From the IMG/VR virus record IMGVR_UViG_3300023227_000005: a stretch of DNA of 20,000 bases; one strand, 5' to 3'. Below, in pieces: positions 8,565 through 15,414 of this stretch. Numbering within the stretch: the stretch's first letter is position 1; each line of letters begins with the position of its first letter. The translations under genes and the position numbers were made by a program. The notes beneath the pieces are model-generated. The model did no database searches. It saw nothing but the letters and a program-made list of their open reading frames with translations, and was not told the DNA's origin. The stretch is from an uncultured virus (IMG/VR IMGVR_UViG_3300023227_000005). Lineage: Duplodnaviria > Heunggongvirae > Uroviricota > Caudoviricetes.

Positions 8565-8878
8565 TAGTAGCAGACAAAGTTAAAGAAAGCAGAAATACCC
8601 CACATCAAAACAGTAAGAAAGGTAACGACAAAAGAGTTAACAGTAGCTACTGTCTTTTTGTCGTTTTCTTTTGAGTTAGCAGATACAGCGACAATGGCTG
8701 GCGTCACAGCCACACTAAGGGCAAACAAACTACCCCAATACATCTTGAATGTCAAGAAGTCCTCTTTGAGATAGAAGATATCCCAAGTAGAGCCCATGTC
8801 AGTAACAACATGATAAGCTAAAAATAGATTACCAATAGACCAAAAGAAGGCCACGATAAAATCAATCACTCTTTCCAT
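8564..8878 (-). CDS. Membrane protein (about 3 TM segments)
   Basis: MERVIDFIVAFFWSIG...; hydrophobic segments. Confidence 0.7.
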   Translation of the reverse strand: MERVIDFIVAFFWSIGNLFLAYHVVTDMGSTWDIFYLKEDFLTFKMYWGSLFALSVAVTPAIVAVSANSKENDKKTVATVNSFVVTFLTVLMWGISAFFNFVCY

Positions 8879-9125
8879 CTTCTTTTTCCCTTTTCCAGTA
8901 GAACATACCATTGAGCCACTTCTTACGCTCATTACAGTCGCACTCGGACAGTCCGAACCAACTCTTAAACCTATCTTGAGTGATGCCCATAGAACTAAGG
9001 ACGCTCTCTACAACATCACCCACACCAACCTTGTCGTAGTCATCGTTGTGCTTCAAGCCTTCGCCCTCTAGCTTTTCAATGACCTTATCAAGATCTTTTC
9101 TTATTTGCTTTTGCTCTTTGCCCAT
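8862..9125 (-). CDS. Phage hypothetical protein with GVGDVVE...CDCNERKKWLN motif
   Basis: 87-aa ORF with a G-x-G-D ... CxC-x2-R-x3-LN pattern. Confidence 0.8.
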   Translation of the reverse strand: MGKEQKQIRKDLDKVIEKLEGEGLKHNDDYDKVGVGDVVESVLSSMGITQDRFKSWFGLSECDCNERKKWLNGMFYWKREKEDGKSD

Positions 9126-9128
9126 GAT

Positions 9129-9410
9129 CTAATACAACTCTCTAGGGAGAATGTGATAGTAAGGATCTGGCAAGGTCTCTTCTTCTATTCGGATCTTCAT
9201 GTCCATGAACTTTTGTAGTGCCACTACATTCTCACCCCTAACACCAATCAACAGTCCAGGCCTGTATAGTCTAACGGTATAGCTCTTACCGCTTACACTA
9301 GTGGAGGTTATACGAAGAGAATTAAGGGCAGCAAGAGCACCACCACGATTGCCCTCGCTCCTCTTTAAGTAGAACTGTCCAAGGCACTGATCTGCTTGCT
9401 CTTTGTTCAT
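9129..9410 (-). CDS. Stand-alone KH-domain (ribosomal protein S3-like, type II) RNA-binding protein
   Basis: VRLYRPGLLIGVRGENVVALQK matches the S3 KH signature RPGxxIGxxGxxV. Confidence 0.75.
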   Translation of the reverse strand: MNKEQADQCLGQFYLKRSEGNRGGALAALNSLRITSTSVSGKSYTVRLYRPGLLIGVRGENVVALQKFMDMKIRIEEETLPDPYYHILPRELY

Positions 9411-9586
9411 TCTTTTCTCTTGTTTATTAAGCGTGAAACATTATACTCAACCATCCTGGCTGTGAAAATGATACCTAGCGATGCGACCAGTGATGCCGTA
9501 CCTCCCGTCATATACATAGACGACAAAAGAATCGTAAGTAGGATCGCCCACACAAACAACATTCTTTTTTCTTTTATCCAATTCAT
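9407..9586 (-). CDS. Small membrane protein (59 aa)
   Basis: MNWIKEKRMLFVWAILLTILLSSMYMTGGTASLVASLGIIFTARMVEY...; ATGA overlaps at both ends. Confidence 0.65.
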   Translation of the reverse strand: MNWIKEKRMLFVWAILLTILLSSMYMTGGTASLVASLGIIFTARMVEYNVSRLINKRKE

Positions 9587-9753
9587 ACTTTCGTCTCACT
9601 AGGTCTATAAGGAATCAAGATTGAGCCAATCAAGAGACCCGCAAAGTAGCCAAATATGTCCCCAAGGTCAGATTCACTAAAGCCTCTAAATAATGAGCAA
9701 CTAAAAACCGCAATCAATACAAAGAAACAACACAAAAAAATGTGATTAAACAT
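9583..9753 (-). CDS. Small membrane protein (56 aa)
   Basis: MFNHIFLCCFFVLIAVFSCSLF...IFGYFAGLLIGSILIPY...; TAATG coupling. Confidence 0.6.
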   Translation of the reverse strand: MFNHIFLCCFFVLIAVFSCSLFRGFSESDLGDIFGYFAGLLIGSILIPYRPSETKV

Positions 9754-9992
9754 TACGCTACCAACTGAGGTTCAAGGAATCGGTTAAGGCTAAGGAATCG
9801 AAGCACTTCGCTTGGTGCAACACCATCTTCATGTTCAACTTGGTATAGAATACCCGAACCAAAGACGCCATCAGATTGAGAAGCCAACTCGACTTGACTA
9901 CCACCATCGACAAACAGGTGAACGACACGCTCATTGTTCAGGTATAGAACTACAGTATGAGTAAACTGATTGGTCTCTGAAATTTTCTTCAT
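9753..9992 (-). CDS. Hypothetical protein (79 aa)
   Basis: ORF within the packed operon. Confidence 0.7.
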   Translation of the reverse strand: MKKISETNQFTHTVVLYLNNERVVHLFVDGGSQVELASQSDGVFGSGILYQVEHEDGVAPSEVLRFLSLNRFLEPQLVA

Positions 9993-10006
9993 TGTTTTTC
10001 TTGTTG

Positions 10007-10420
10007 TTAGAAGTCGCAGTCGGAAGTGTCTGGTCCAATCTCTTCATTAAGCAGATCTCTGTATCCTTCAATCAAGTTGATAGGAATGATAGTGCCACAC
10101 GAATCGCATAGTCTCACTGCTTGTGCATCCTGTTCAGGCGAGAAGCCAGCATCTCTCCTACTGACCAAGGCTTGAGCTAGATCTTCTGTGTCTACTAGTA
10201 TCTTGCTTCCATCCATCAATTGTAGGTTAGCAGTAACATTAACAAGGGTTCTTGCTAATAGCCCGGTCTCTTTGTTGCTACGCCAACTCTTGAAGCCTCC
10301 GACAAAGGCCATCTTCGCCGTTGTCCTGATGACCTTGTATTGAGTAGTGTCAGCACAGTTGCCGCCACAATGGATGACGGTGTCACCCACACTGATTGGT
10401 TGTCCAATTGAATCGATCAT
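10007..10420 (-). CDS. Hypothetical protein (137 aa)
   Basis: DSIGQPISVGDTV (KOW/SH3-like start), C-terminal CDSC; ATGA overlap. Confidence 0.75.
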   Translation of the reverse strand: MIDSIGQPISVGDTVIHCGGNCADTTQYKVIRTTAKMAFVGGFKSWRSNKETGLLARTLVNVTANLQLMDGSKILVDTEDLAQALVSRRDAGFSPEQDAQAVRLCDSCGTIIPINLIEGYRDLLNEEIGPDTSDCDF

Positions 10421-10704
10421 AGTTCCACAATGTCAAAGTCGGAAGATTTGTGAGAACGACCATTCGCATACCAACTACGATCATAGTTATTACCGTAGAA
10501 TCCGTGTGAGGTACCCCAATCTTCGTTGGCTTCACGATACATAGCCTTGACGTAGTCGCCGTTACGCATCTTTACCAACACTTCGCCCCTGCCTTCTTGT
10601 CCGTTGCCCGCATGTAGACAACGACGCTTTAACTCCTTGGTGAAGTCATTAAGGTCATTCTGCGATGGCGGGAACATGGCTTGGTTTGTCATACTACTCT
10701 TCAT
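10417..10704 (-). CDS. Hypothetical protein (95 aa)
   Basis: Start moved to ATG 10704 because the ORF-track start lies inside the promoter; C-terminal W..NG.....DFDIV pattern. Confidence 0.75.
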   Translation of the reverse strand: MKSSMTNQAMFPPSQNDLNDFTKELKRRCLHAGNGQEGRGEVLVKMRNGDYVKAMYREANEDWGTSHGFYGNNYDRSWYANGRSHKSSDFDIVEL

Positions 10705-10744
10705 GATTAAAAGTCCAGATTGATGTTGTGTGTTGTATGTCCCC

Positions 10745-10772
10745 ATTATATCACGAACTTGCTTCGTGTCAA
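10745..10772 (-). promoter_or_regulatory. Sigma70-like promoter TTGACA-N16-TATAAT
   Basis: Perfect hexamers followed by GGGGAC-ATA. Confidence 0.8.
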
Positions 10773-11026
10773 CCCTCTCCGATCATATTTCCGAGAATTT
10801 CTCTGAGATAAAGTCGGCCACGGTGCGTCACTTTGAAGTTGCCCCTCTTGCTCACCTTGACTAAAGCATGATGAAGAAGAATTCCCTGAACAGTAGAGCC
10901 ATTGTGTCAACCGCAAACAACCTTTAATAAACCATGCCTAACAACCTCTACTGGTGTTATTGATCCGAAGTCAGCACCAAGCTCAGCTTGATAATTGATA
11001 ATATCTGTCTCTCTTATGTGTATCAT
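10769..11026 (-). pseudogene. Phage protein gene (85 codons) with in-frame TGA at 10907-10909
   Basis: MIHIRETDIINYQAELGADFGSITPVEVVRHGLLKVVCG*HNGSTVQGILLHHALVKVSKRGNFKVTHRGRLYLREILGNMIGEG*; ATGA-coupled start; C-terminus resembles a winged-helix end (xTxxG). Confidence 0.65.
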
Positions 11027-11283
11027 ACGCACACCACCACCTTGTCGGAGACATAGTCTGGGTGACTCTTGTCAAAGAGCTTTGGAAACTGTTCCTTATG
11101 CTTGGCGTCATACCAACCAGCCATCCAGGTCATACGTTTTTCGCCCTCTTCTGCTGGTGCGTTGTGCATACCGCAAGACTTGTATGGTGAATCATCAACA
11201 CAAACCCCATCAGAGAAAGCCTCTGTGCCCTCTAGGTATTGTGCTTTATTTCTAATCTTCTGTGTAACTTTGGGTAGTGACAT
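11023..11283 (-). CDS. Rmf/CrpP-like small protein
   Basis: EGTEAFSDG...SPY...RMTWMAGWYDA resembles the ribosome modulation factor pattern G..A...G....CPY....R..W..GW..A; AGGAG SD before ATG 11283. Confidence 0.6.
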   Translation of the reverse strand: MSLPKVTQKIRNKAQYLEGTEAFSDGVCVDDSPYKSCGMHNAPAEEGEKRMTWMAGWYDAKHKEQFPKLFDKSHPDYVSDKVVVCV

Positions 11284-11291
11284 ATTGTCTC

Positions 11292-11498
11292 CTAAAAAGG
11301 TATATGTGAATAGTCTGTTCTTTTGTTTATTGGCCATTCAAAGCTTCTATGAATGCGTAGTTGTGGAGGTATTTCATCTTCGTCTGGAGGATCGCCATAG
11401 ATATGACTAGCATCAAGGCCAGCACGAGGGCCGTCAAGCAGGTCTGCTAGCTCTCGCAGCTTGTCGGCAGTCAGAGCAGAGTTGTCGCTTAAATGAAG
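11292..11498 (-). pseudogene. 3' part of the phage gene disrupted by the IS605-family element
   Basis: LHLSDNSALTADKLRELADLLDGPRAG...YSHIPF*; in frame with 12878-13003 once 11499-12877 is removed. Confidence 0.8.
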
Positions 11499-11700
11499 GT
11501 TGACATACTCCCCGGCCTAAAGGCACGAGGATTCTCCGACTAGGCGACTCTCATCGCTGTACGGATGGCTTGACGTTTCATCGCAGGTCGCACCCAAGGG
11601 TGTCTTACATCCACTCCACGTCCATTTTGAGTCGTGGGCGTATCCCGCCCCGACTTGGTCGATATTCTCAGCAGCGTTCTCATCTCGATCATGGACGTGC
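11480..11700 (-). ncRNA. Predicted TnpB omega/reRNA (scaffold overlapping the tnpB 3' end and right end, plus flanking guide); 5' limit approximate
   Basis: Inferred from established TnpB biology. The scaffold would end at ...GTCAAC (11499) and the guide would start CTTCATTTAAGCGACAAC. Confidence 0.55.
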
Positions 11701-12749
11701 CCGCAACTGATGCACTTCACTGTCCTGATGCTTAGGTCGAGTTTACCCCATCTGTATCCGCACTTTGAGCAGACTTGTGATGTCGGCTCGAAGCGATTGA
11801 TGATGACGACTTCTCTATCCGCGTACATCTTTCCCTTTGATTCCAGCATCACGCGAAACTGATACCATCCCTGCTCGCCAATTGCTCGTGAAAGGCATCG
11901 GTTCTTCATCATTCCAGACACGTTCAGATTCTCCAAGCTACACGTTTGGTTATCGCGTATTAGCTCGGTGCTCAATTTGTGATGGAAGTCTTTTCGGATC
12001 GACGCGATGCGAGAGTGCAACTTGGCGATGCGTATCTTCGTGCGATTACGCCTACTTGACCCTTTCCTTTGCTTGGACAACCTACGTTGAAGTCGCTTGA
12101 CTTTACTGGTGAGTTTCTTGCATGAAGGCGCAGATCGCTCACCTCTGCCACCGCTCAGGAAGGCGAAAACCTTGATACCTAGATCGATTCCGACAGACTC
12201 TAGCTTCGGCGGGCAGACGATCTGCTCCACTTCGACGACAAAACTGACGAAGTATCGACCAGAGGAATCCTTCACTATCGTTGCTGATGATGGATCTGAT
12301 GGAAGTTCCCTCGACCACTTCACTTTGATGTCGCCAATCTTCGCCAGTGTCAGTTTCCTGGTTGTTTGTATAGTGAAGCTTGTCCCTGTAAACCGGCATG
12401 ATTGATCAGACCGCCTTGACTTGAACCGTGGGAATCCAACGCGGCGGCCCTTTCGACCACCTTTTATCCACTTAGTGAACTTCGATAGACCCGCATCCAG
12501 GTCACGGAGCGACTGCTGCAACGCAACGGCACTCACACCAGAAAGCCAGGACCGCTCATCTGTTTTCTTTGCTAGCGTTGTGACTGCCTTGTCCCGTTCC
12601 TTCCTACTAACCCACTTCTCCCCCTTGGGCGTGTCGCGAATCATCCGAAGTGCGTCGTTCCAAACAACACGACAGCACCCGAACAACTGAGACAACTTGC
12701 GTTGCTGTTGGTCTGTTGGGTATATTCGGTACGAATAACGAGCTTTCAT
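11517..12749 (-). CDS. tnpB: TnpB RNA-guided endonuclease
   Basis: N-terminal HTH (YRIYPTDQQ...FGCCRVVWN), RuvC-I GIDLG, RuvC-II LENLNV, zinc finger CSKC...CISC, RuvC-III DRDENAA. Confidence 0.95.
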   Translation of the reverse strand: MKARYSYRIYPTDQQQRKLSQLFGCCRVVWNDALRMIRDTPKGEKWVSRKERDKAVTTLAKKTDERSWLSGVSAVALQQSLRDLDAGLSKFTKWIKGGRKGRRVGFPRFKSRRSDQSCRFTGTSFTIQTTRKLTLAKIGDIKVKWSRELPSDPSSATIVKDSSGRYFVSFVVEVEQIVCPPKLESVGIDLGIKVFAFLSGGRGERSAPSCKKLTSKVKRLQRRLSKQRKGSSRRNRTKIRIAKLHSRIASIRKDFHHKLSTELIRDNQTCSLENLNVSGMMKNRCLSRAIGEQGWYQFRVMLESKGKMYADREVVIINRFEPTSQVCSKCGYRWGKLDLSIRTVKCISCGHVHDRDENAAENIDQVGAGYAHDSKWTWSGCKTPLGATCDETSSHPYSDESRLVGESSCL

Positions 12750-12755
12750 GTCACT

Positions 12756-12784
12756 ATCTTATGTTGGTCTGCGAGATGAGTCAA
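12756..12784 (-). promoter_or_regulatory. Putative tnpB promoter TTGACT-N17-TAAGAT (leaderless)
   Basis: tnpB ATG lies 6 nt after the -10 box. Confidence 0.5.
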
Positions 12785-12858
12785 GGTAACTATCGACGAG
12801 AGGTGCTCCAATCAAAGTATTACGGGCTTACATTGATGCACAGAAAAAGCCGTCCTGA
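12776..12858 (+). pseudogene. tnpA: Internally deleted tnpA (Y1 HUH transposase) remnant, divergent from tnpB
   Basis: N-terminal MSQGNYRR joined out of frame to GAPIKVLRAYIDAQKKPS*, the TnpA catalytic-Tyr helix (GAPxxxxxxYIxxQ), ending in the left-end hairpin. Confidence 0.75.
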
Positions 12859-12877
12859 AGGACGAGGCTCTAACCCC

Positions 12878-13003
12878 ATCAATTTCGGTAGAGACTGCGT
12901 CAGGGCCGCCCATGACAATCTCTTGAGAGACAACACCTCTCGCTTCGTTCATGGTCGTATTGATTTCGAGAGAATGTCCGAATTTGTAGCTCACTCTAAT
13001 CAT
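12878..13003 (-). pseudogene. 5' part (42 codons) of the phage gene disrupted by the IS
   Basis: MIRVSYKF...AVSTEID ends exactly at TTGAT; ATGA-coupled to the upstream gene. Confidence 0.8.
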
Positions 13004-13200
13004 ATTTCCTCCGCCCTTTTCTTTACTCTTGAGTATTCAATAGTTGCACAGTCCAAGCTAATGGTAAAAGGTCTACAATTATCTAAATACTCGGTAACTT
13101 CAAATCCGGCAAACGAAGAACCGTCGCCCCAAACCTCTGCGTCAATGGTAACCTTGTGTTTTTGCAAAAGATCAGCAAATTCTGTTAAAAACTCTTTCAT
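13000..13200 (-). CDS. Hypothetical protein (66 aa)
   Basis: MKEFLTEFADLLQKHKVTI...; GAGAG SD. Confidence 0.75.
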   Translation of the reverse strand: MKEFLTEFADLLQKHKVTIDAEVWGDGSSFAGFEVTEYLDNCRPFTISLDCATIEYSRVKKRAEEI

Positions 13201-13308
13201 GATTCTCTCTCGGTTGAATCTATTAGGATCTACAAGTAACTAACAACGTCTTCCATTTGACGTTGCTTGTTAAGCTTGATCCACTTGATTCTTATGTTGT
13301 TTTATCTT

Positions 13309-13336
13309 ATTATAGCCCCAAAATAGTGGCTGACAA
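13309..13336 (-). promoter_or_regulatory. Sigma70-like promoter TTGTCA-N16-TATAAT
   Basis: Near-consensus hexamers. Confidence 0.65.
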
Positions 13337-13371
13337 CCAAAAAGTGGTGATTTTTCAAAAATACTCTCATC

Positions 13372-13431
13372 TGCTTAATAACTAGGCACACTGCTTAAAA
13401 AGTAGGCACCTAGTTGCACAATAAATAAGCA
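13372..13431. repeat. Three tandem 17-bp imperfect palindromes of the TGCYTA-N5-TARGCA type (operator-like, family A)
   Basis: TGCTTAATAACTAGGCA 13372-13388; TGCTTAAAAAGTAGGCA 13392-13408; TGCACAATAAATAAGCA 13415-13431. Confidence 0.75.
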
Positions 13432-13486
13432 GGGTAGGGCAATTAAGTAAAGAAGAATGTCCTATACTTAGGGCTAGGCACTCTCT

Positions 13487-13690
13487 TCAACGCTCCATTA
13501 TGTTCATGCAGTAAATAACAACGTCGTTATCGTCATAATGGGCCTTGCTGCGATCCTTGAGGGCCGCTTGGTTCGCCATCTGACGAATGAGTTTGATTTG
13601 ATCGTTAGCAGCCTGTAGACGAGCTTCAAGGCTGTGGTAAGCTACCAGGGCGTCTTGTGCTGCGTCTTGTGCTTTTTGTGCTGGGTTCAT
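13487..13690 (-). CDS. Hypothetical helical protein (67 aa)
   Basis: ORF directly after the upstream stop. Confidence 0.7.
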   Translation of the reverse strand: MNPAQKAQDAAQDALVAYHSLEARLQAANDQIKLIRQMANQAALKDRSKAHYDDNDVVIYCMNIMER

Positions 13691-13692
13691 CT

Positions 13693-13986
13693 TTAGCTTT
13701 CCGTTATCAGGATTGGTAGTTCGTATCTGACGACTTCTTCTGCGTACTCGGCAGCATTTTTGAAGTGTGCGTCAAATTCTGAGTTCATAACACAACCATT
13801 ATCTAACAAGTCGATGATTGCACGTTCAACACAACGCTTGATTTCTGGTATTACAATGACATTCCTAACTTTGTCCCTAGAGTTTGCACTTAGGTATAAA
13901 GGCAGTTTTGTATAGTCATCAGACTTATACCACATATCCTGAGCGTTGATCATGATCTTATTAATAGTTGGCATCGAGTTCGACAT
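13693..13986 (-). CDS. Hypothetical protein (97 aa)
   Basis: Start at ATG 13986 with GGAG SD, downstream of promoter 14019-14046. Confidence 0.75.
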   Translation of the reverse strand: MSNSMPTINKIMINAQDMWYKSDDYTKLPLYLSANSRDKVRNVIVIPEIKRCVERAIIDLLDNGCVMNSEFDAHFKNAAEYAEEVVRYELPILITES

Positions 13987-14018
13987 TGTTTTCTCCAAGT
14001 GTTGTCTTGTATGCCCAG

Positions 14019-14046
14019 ATTGTACCACGAATTGCGGTTCTGTCAA
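14019..14046 (-). promoter_or_regulatory. Sigma70-like promoter TTGACA-N16-TACAAT
   Basis: TGG before the -10 box; CTGGGC-ATA after it. Confidence 0.75.
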
Positions 14047-14061
14047 CCCTCTCAGATCGGA

Positions 14062-14238
14062 TTATTTAAAAATTTCTCCTTGAACCGGGCTTCTCAGATA
14101 AGATCCAAAATCGCCCATAAAAGAATACAGCCAAACCACCAAATAAACAACCCACAAGGGAGGCCAGATCAAAGAGAACCAAACCAATCTGTCATTTTTT
14201 GTGCAACTTTCTTTTTTATTCGCACATTTTCTGTGCAT
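14062..14238 (-). CDS. Small membrane protein (58 aa, SLIWP motif)
   Basis: MHRKCANKKESCTKNDRLVWFSLIWPPLWVVYLVVWLYSFMGDFGSYLRSPVQGEIFK*; no clear SD. Confidence 0.5.
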   Translation of the reverse strand: MHRKCANKKESCTKNDRLVWFSLIWPPLWVVYLVVWLYSFMGDFGSYLRSPVQGEIFK

Positions 14239-14260
14239 GGGGTAGGAAAACGCCTAAAAA

Positions 14261-14470
14261 TTAAGCACTCTGAGTGTCTTGAGTTTCCTTCGTGAAGCCG
14301 GTCTTATTGCGTTCCAGGTACGAATCAATAGCACCATAATGAACTTGTAATACCTCTTCAAGTTTAACAACTTTCTGATCAAAGTCTTTCCTGTTTTCGG
14401 CTTTCTCAAGGGCCTCTAGGAAGACAGAAACCCTGAATGCACTAATGCGAATGTAGTCGTCATCAATCAT
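14261..14470 (-). CDS. Hypothetical protein (69 aa)
   Basis: MIDDDYIRISAFRVSVFLEALEKAE...; start overlaps the upstream stop. Confidence 0.65.
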   Translation of the reverse strand: MIDDDYIRISAFRVSVFLEALEKAENRKDFDQKVVKLEEVLQVHYGAIDSYLERNKTGFTKETQDTQSA

Positions 14471-14756
14471 CGTTATTAAACTCCGCGTTGTCAGGCCACA
14501 TGCCAACGGCTTCGGCAATAAACGTGATATTCTCCGTGTCATAAGCACCAGAGCCACCATACTGAGTAAACTGAATTTTTGCCTTGTGACTAGATTCGCC
14601 ATCTTCTAGCGTCATTCCAATGTCTTCGGCAATCATGCGAACACGACGCTTAGACAATAGCTCTTTCAGTTCAGTATAAAAGGGCTCAAAGTTCTCAAGA
14701 CCAATAACCTAAACCATAGTATAACCATTATCATTACTGTCTACAACACTGAACAT
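14463..14756 (-). pseudogene. 97-codon gene with in-frame TAG at 14709-14711
   Basis: GGAGAG SD then MFSVVDSNDNGYTMV*VIGLENFEPFYTELKELLSKRRVRMIAEDIG...EFNNDD*. Confidence 0.6.
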
Positions 14757-14880
14757 TTGCGTCTCTCCGAAAGAATACGAATTGTGATTTCACCTCTGTT
14801 TCCGACATTTACAATAAAAACCCCCGTGTTTTACGTAGTGATACGCCATCTCGCTCACTTCAAATCACGTTGATTCACTA

Positions 14881-14910
14881 TCATTTTTGCCGCCTGTCGC
14901 TTCGTTTCAT
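14881..14910 (-). other. Leaderless 9-aa micro-ORF MKRSDRRQK
   Basis: ATG 6 nt downstream of the -10 box of promoter 14917-14944. Confidence 0.35.
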
Positions 14911-14916
14911 GCCCCA

Positions 14917-14944
14917 ATTGTACCATAAAGTTTCGCCCTTTCAA
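14917..14944 (-). promoter_or_regulatory. Sigma70-like promoter TTGAAA-N16-TACAAT
   Basis: TGG-TACAAT-TGGGGC-ATG, same context as the other cassette promoters. Confidence 0.6.
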
Positions 14945-15095
14945 GAGCTAAAAAGCTCATAATTGAAGAATTAGGGCGATTTTGGTTGCTGTTTGGCCCC
15001 TTTTGGACTAGTCTGGGCAAATCGGCCCTTTTCACTGACCCTGCAATTTACGGGGTTTTTGCTATAAAAGTCACCTTTCTGACATAGGCTGAGCA

Positions 15096-15257
15096 TCAAC
15101 ACGACTCATCGCACCCATCGTGGGCACCACACGTATCACAGGTGGGCGAATACAGACAGCCACCAATTCCATCGCCGTCCTCATCCACTGGAGCCCCACA
15201 ATCCTCACACTCGCCCACGACGGCCCCTTCGTCTATCCAAGCTGTATCACAACACAT
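15096..15257 (-). CDS. Cys-rich acidic small protein (53 aa), putative metal-binding
   Basis: MCCDTAWIDEGAVVGECEDCGAPVDEDGDGIGGCLYSPTCDTCGAHDGCDESC*; 9 Cys including two CxxC; AAGGA SD. Confidence 0.75.
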   Translation of the reverse strand: MCCDTAWIDEGAVVGECEDCGAPVDEDGDGIGGCLYSPTCDTCGAHDGCDESC

Positions 15258-15347
15258 ATTCTTTTCTTTTTACAAAGCCCTTACAATAATGACAAGACCT
15301 CCACAGTCTTATCTTAAACACTAAGATTATACACCAACTCCTGCCCA

Positions 15348-15414
15348 GTCTCATTTTGAACAACATTTGTCTCATAATGAGACACTCTACCCATGCCTGT
15401 CTCATTTTGAGACA
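15348..15414. repeat. Three palindromes TGTCTCA-N3-TGAGACA (operator-like, family B)
   Basis: GTCTCATTTTGAACA 15348-15362; TGTCTCATAATGAGACA 15368-15384; TGTCTCATTTTGAGACA 15398-15414. Confidence 0.8.

Larger units (their letters stand above)
11499..12877 (-). mobile_element. IS200/IS605-family insertion sequence (non-autonomous, tnpB intact)
   Basis: TTGAT (12882-12878) precedes the left end; left-end hairpin AGCCTCGTCC-TTCA-GGACGGCT (12848-12869); right end GAATCCTCGTGCCTTTAGGCCGGGGAGTATGTCAAC; no target duplication; removal restores the flanking ORF. Confidence 0.9.

Noticed and set aside
11292..12749. TnpB-phage protein fusion by readthrough of the tnpB TAG
   Set aside because: The 3' half of the disrupted gene is in frame with tnpB, but that has a one-in-three chance and there is no evidence of readthrough.
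11499..12877. IStron (group I intron plus IS) that would splice out of the disrupted gene
   Set aside because: Only about 130 bp lie between the left end and tnpB, and they are explained by the hairpin, tnpA scar and promoter; there is no room for a ribozyme.
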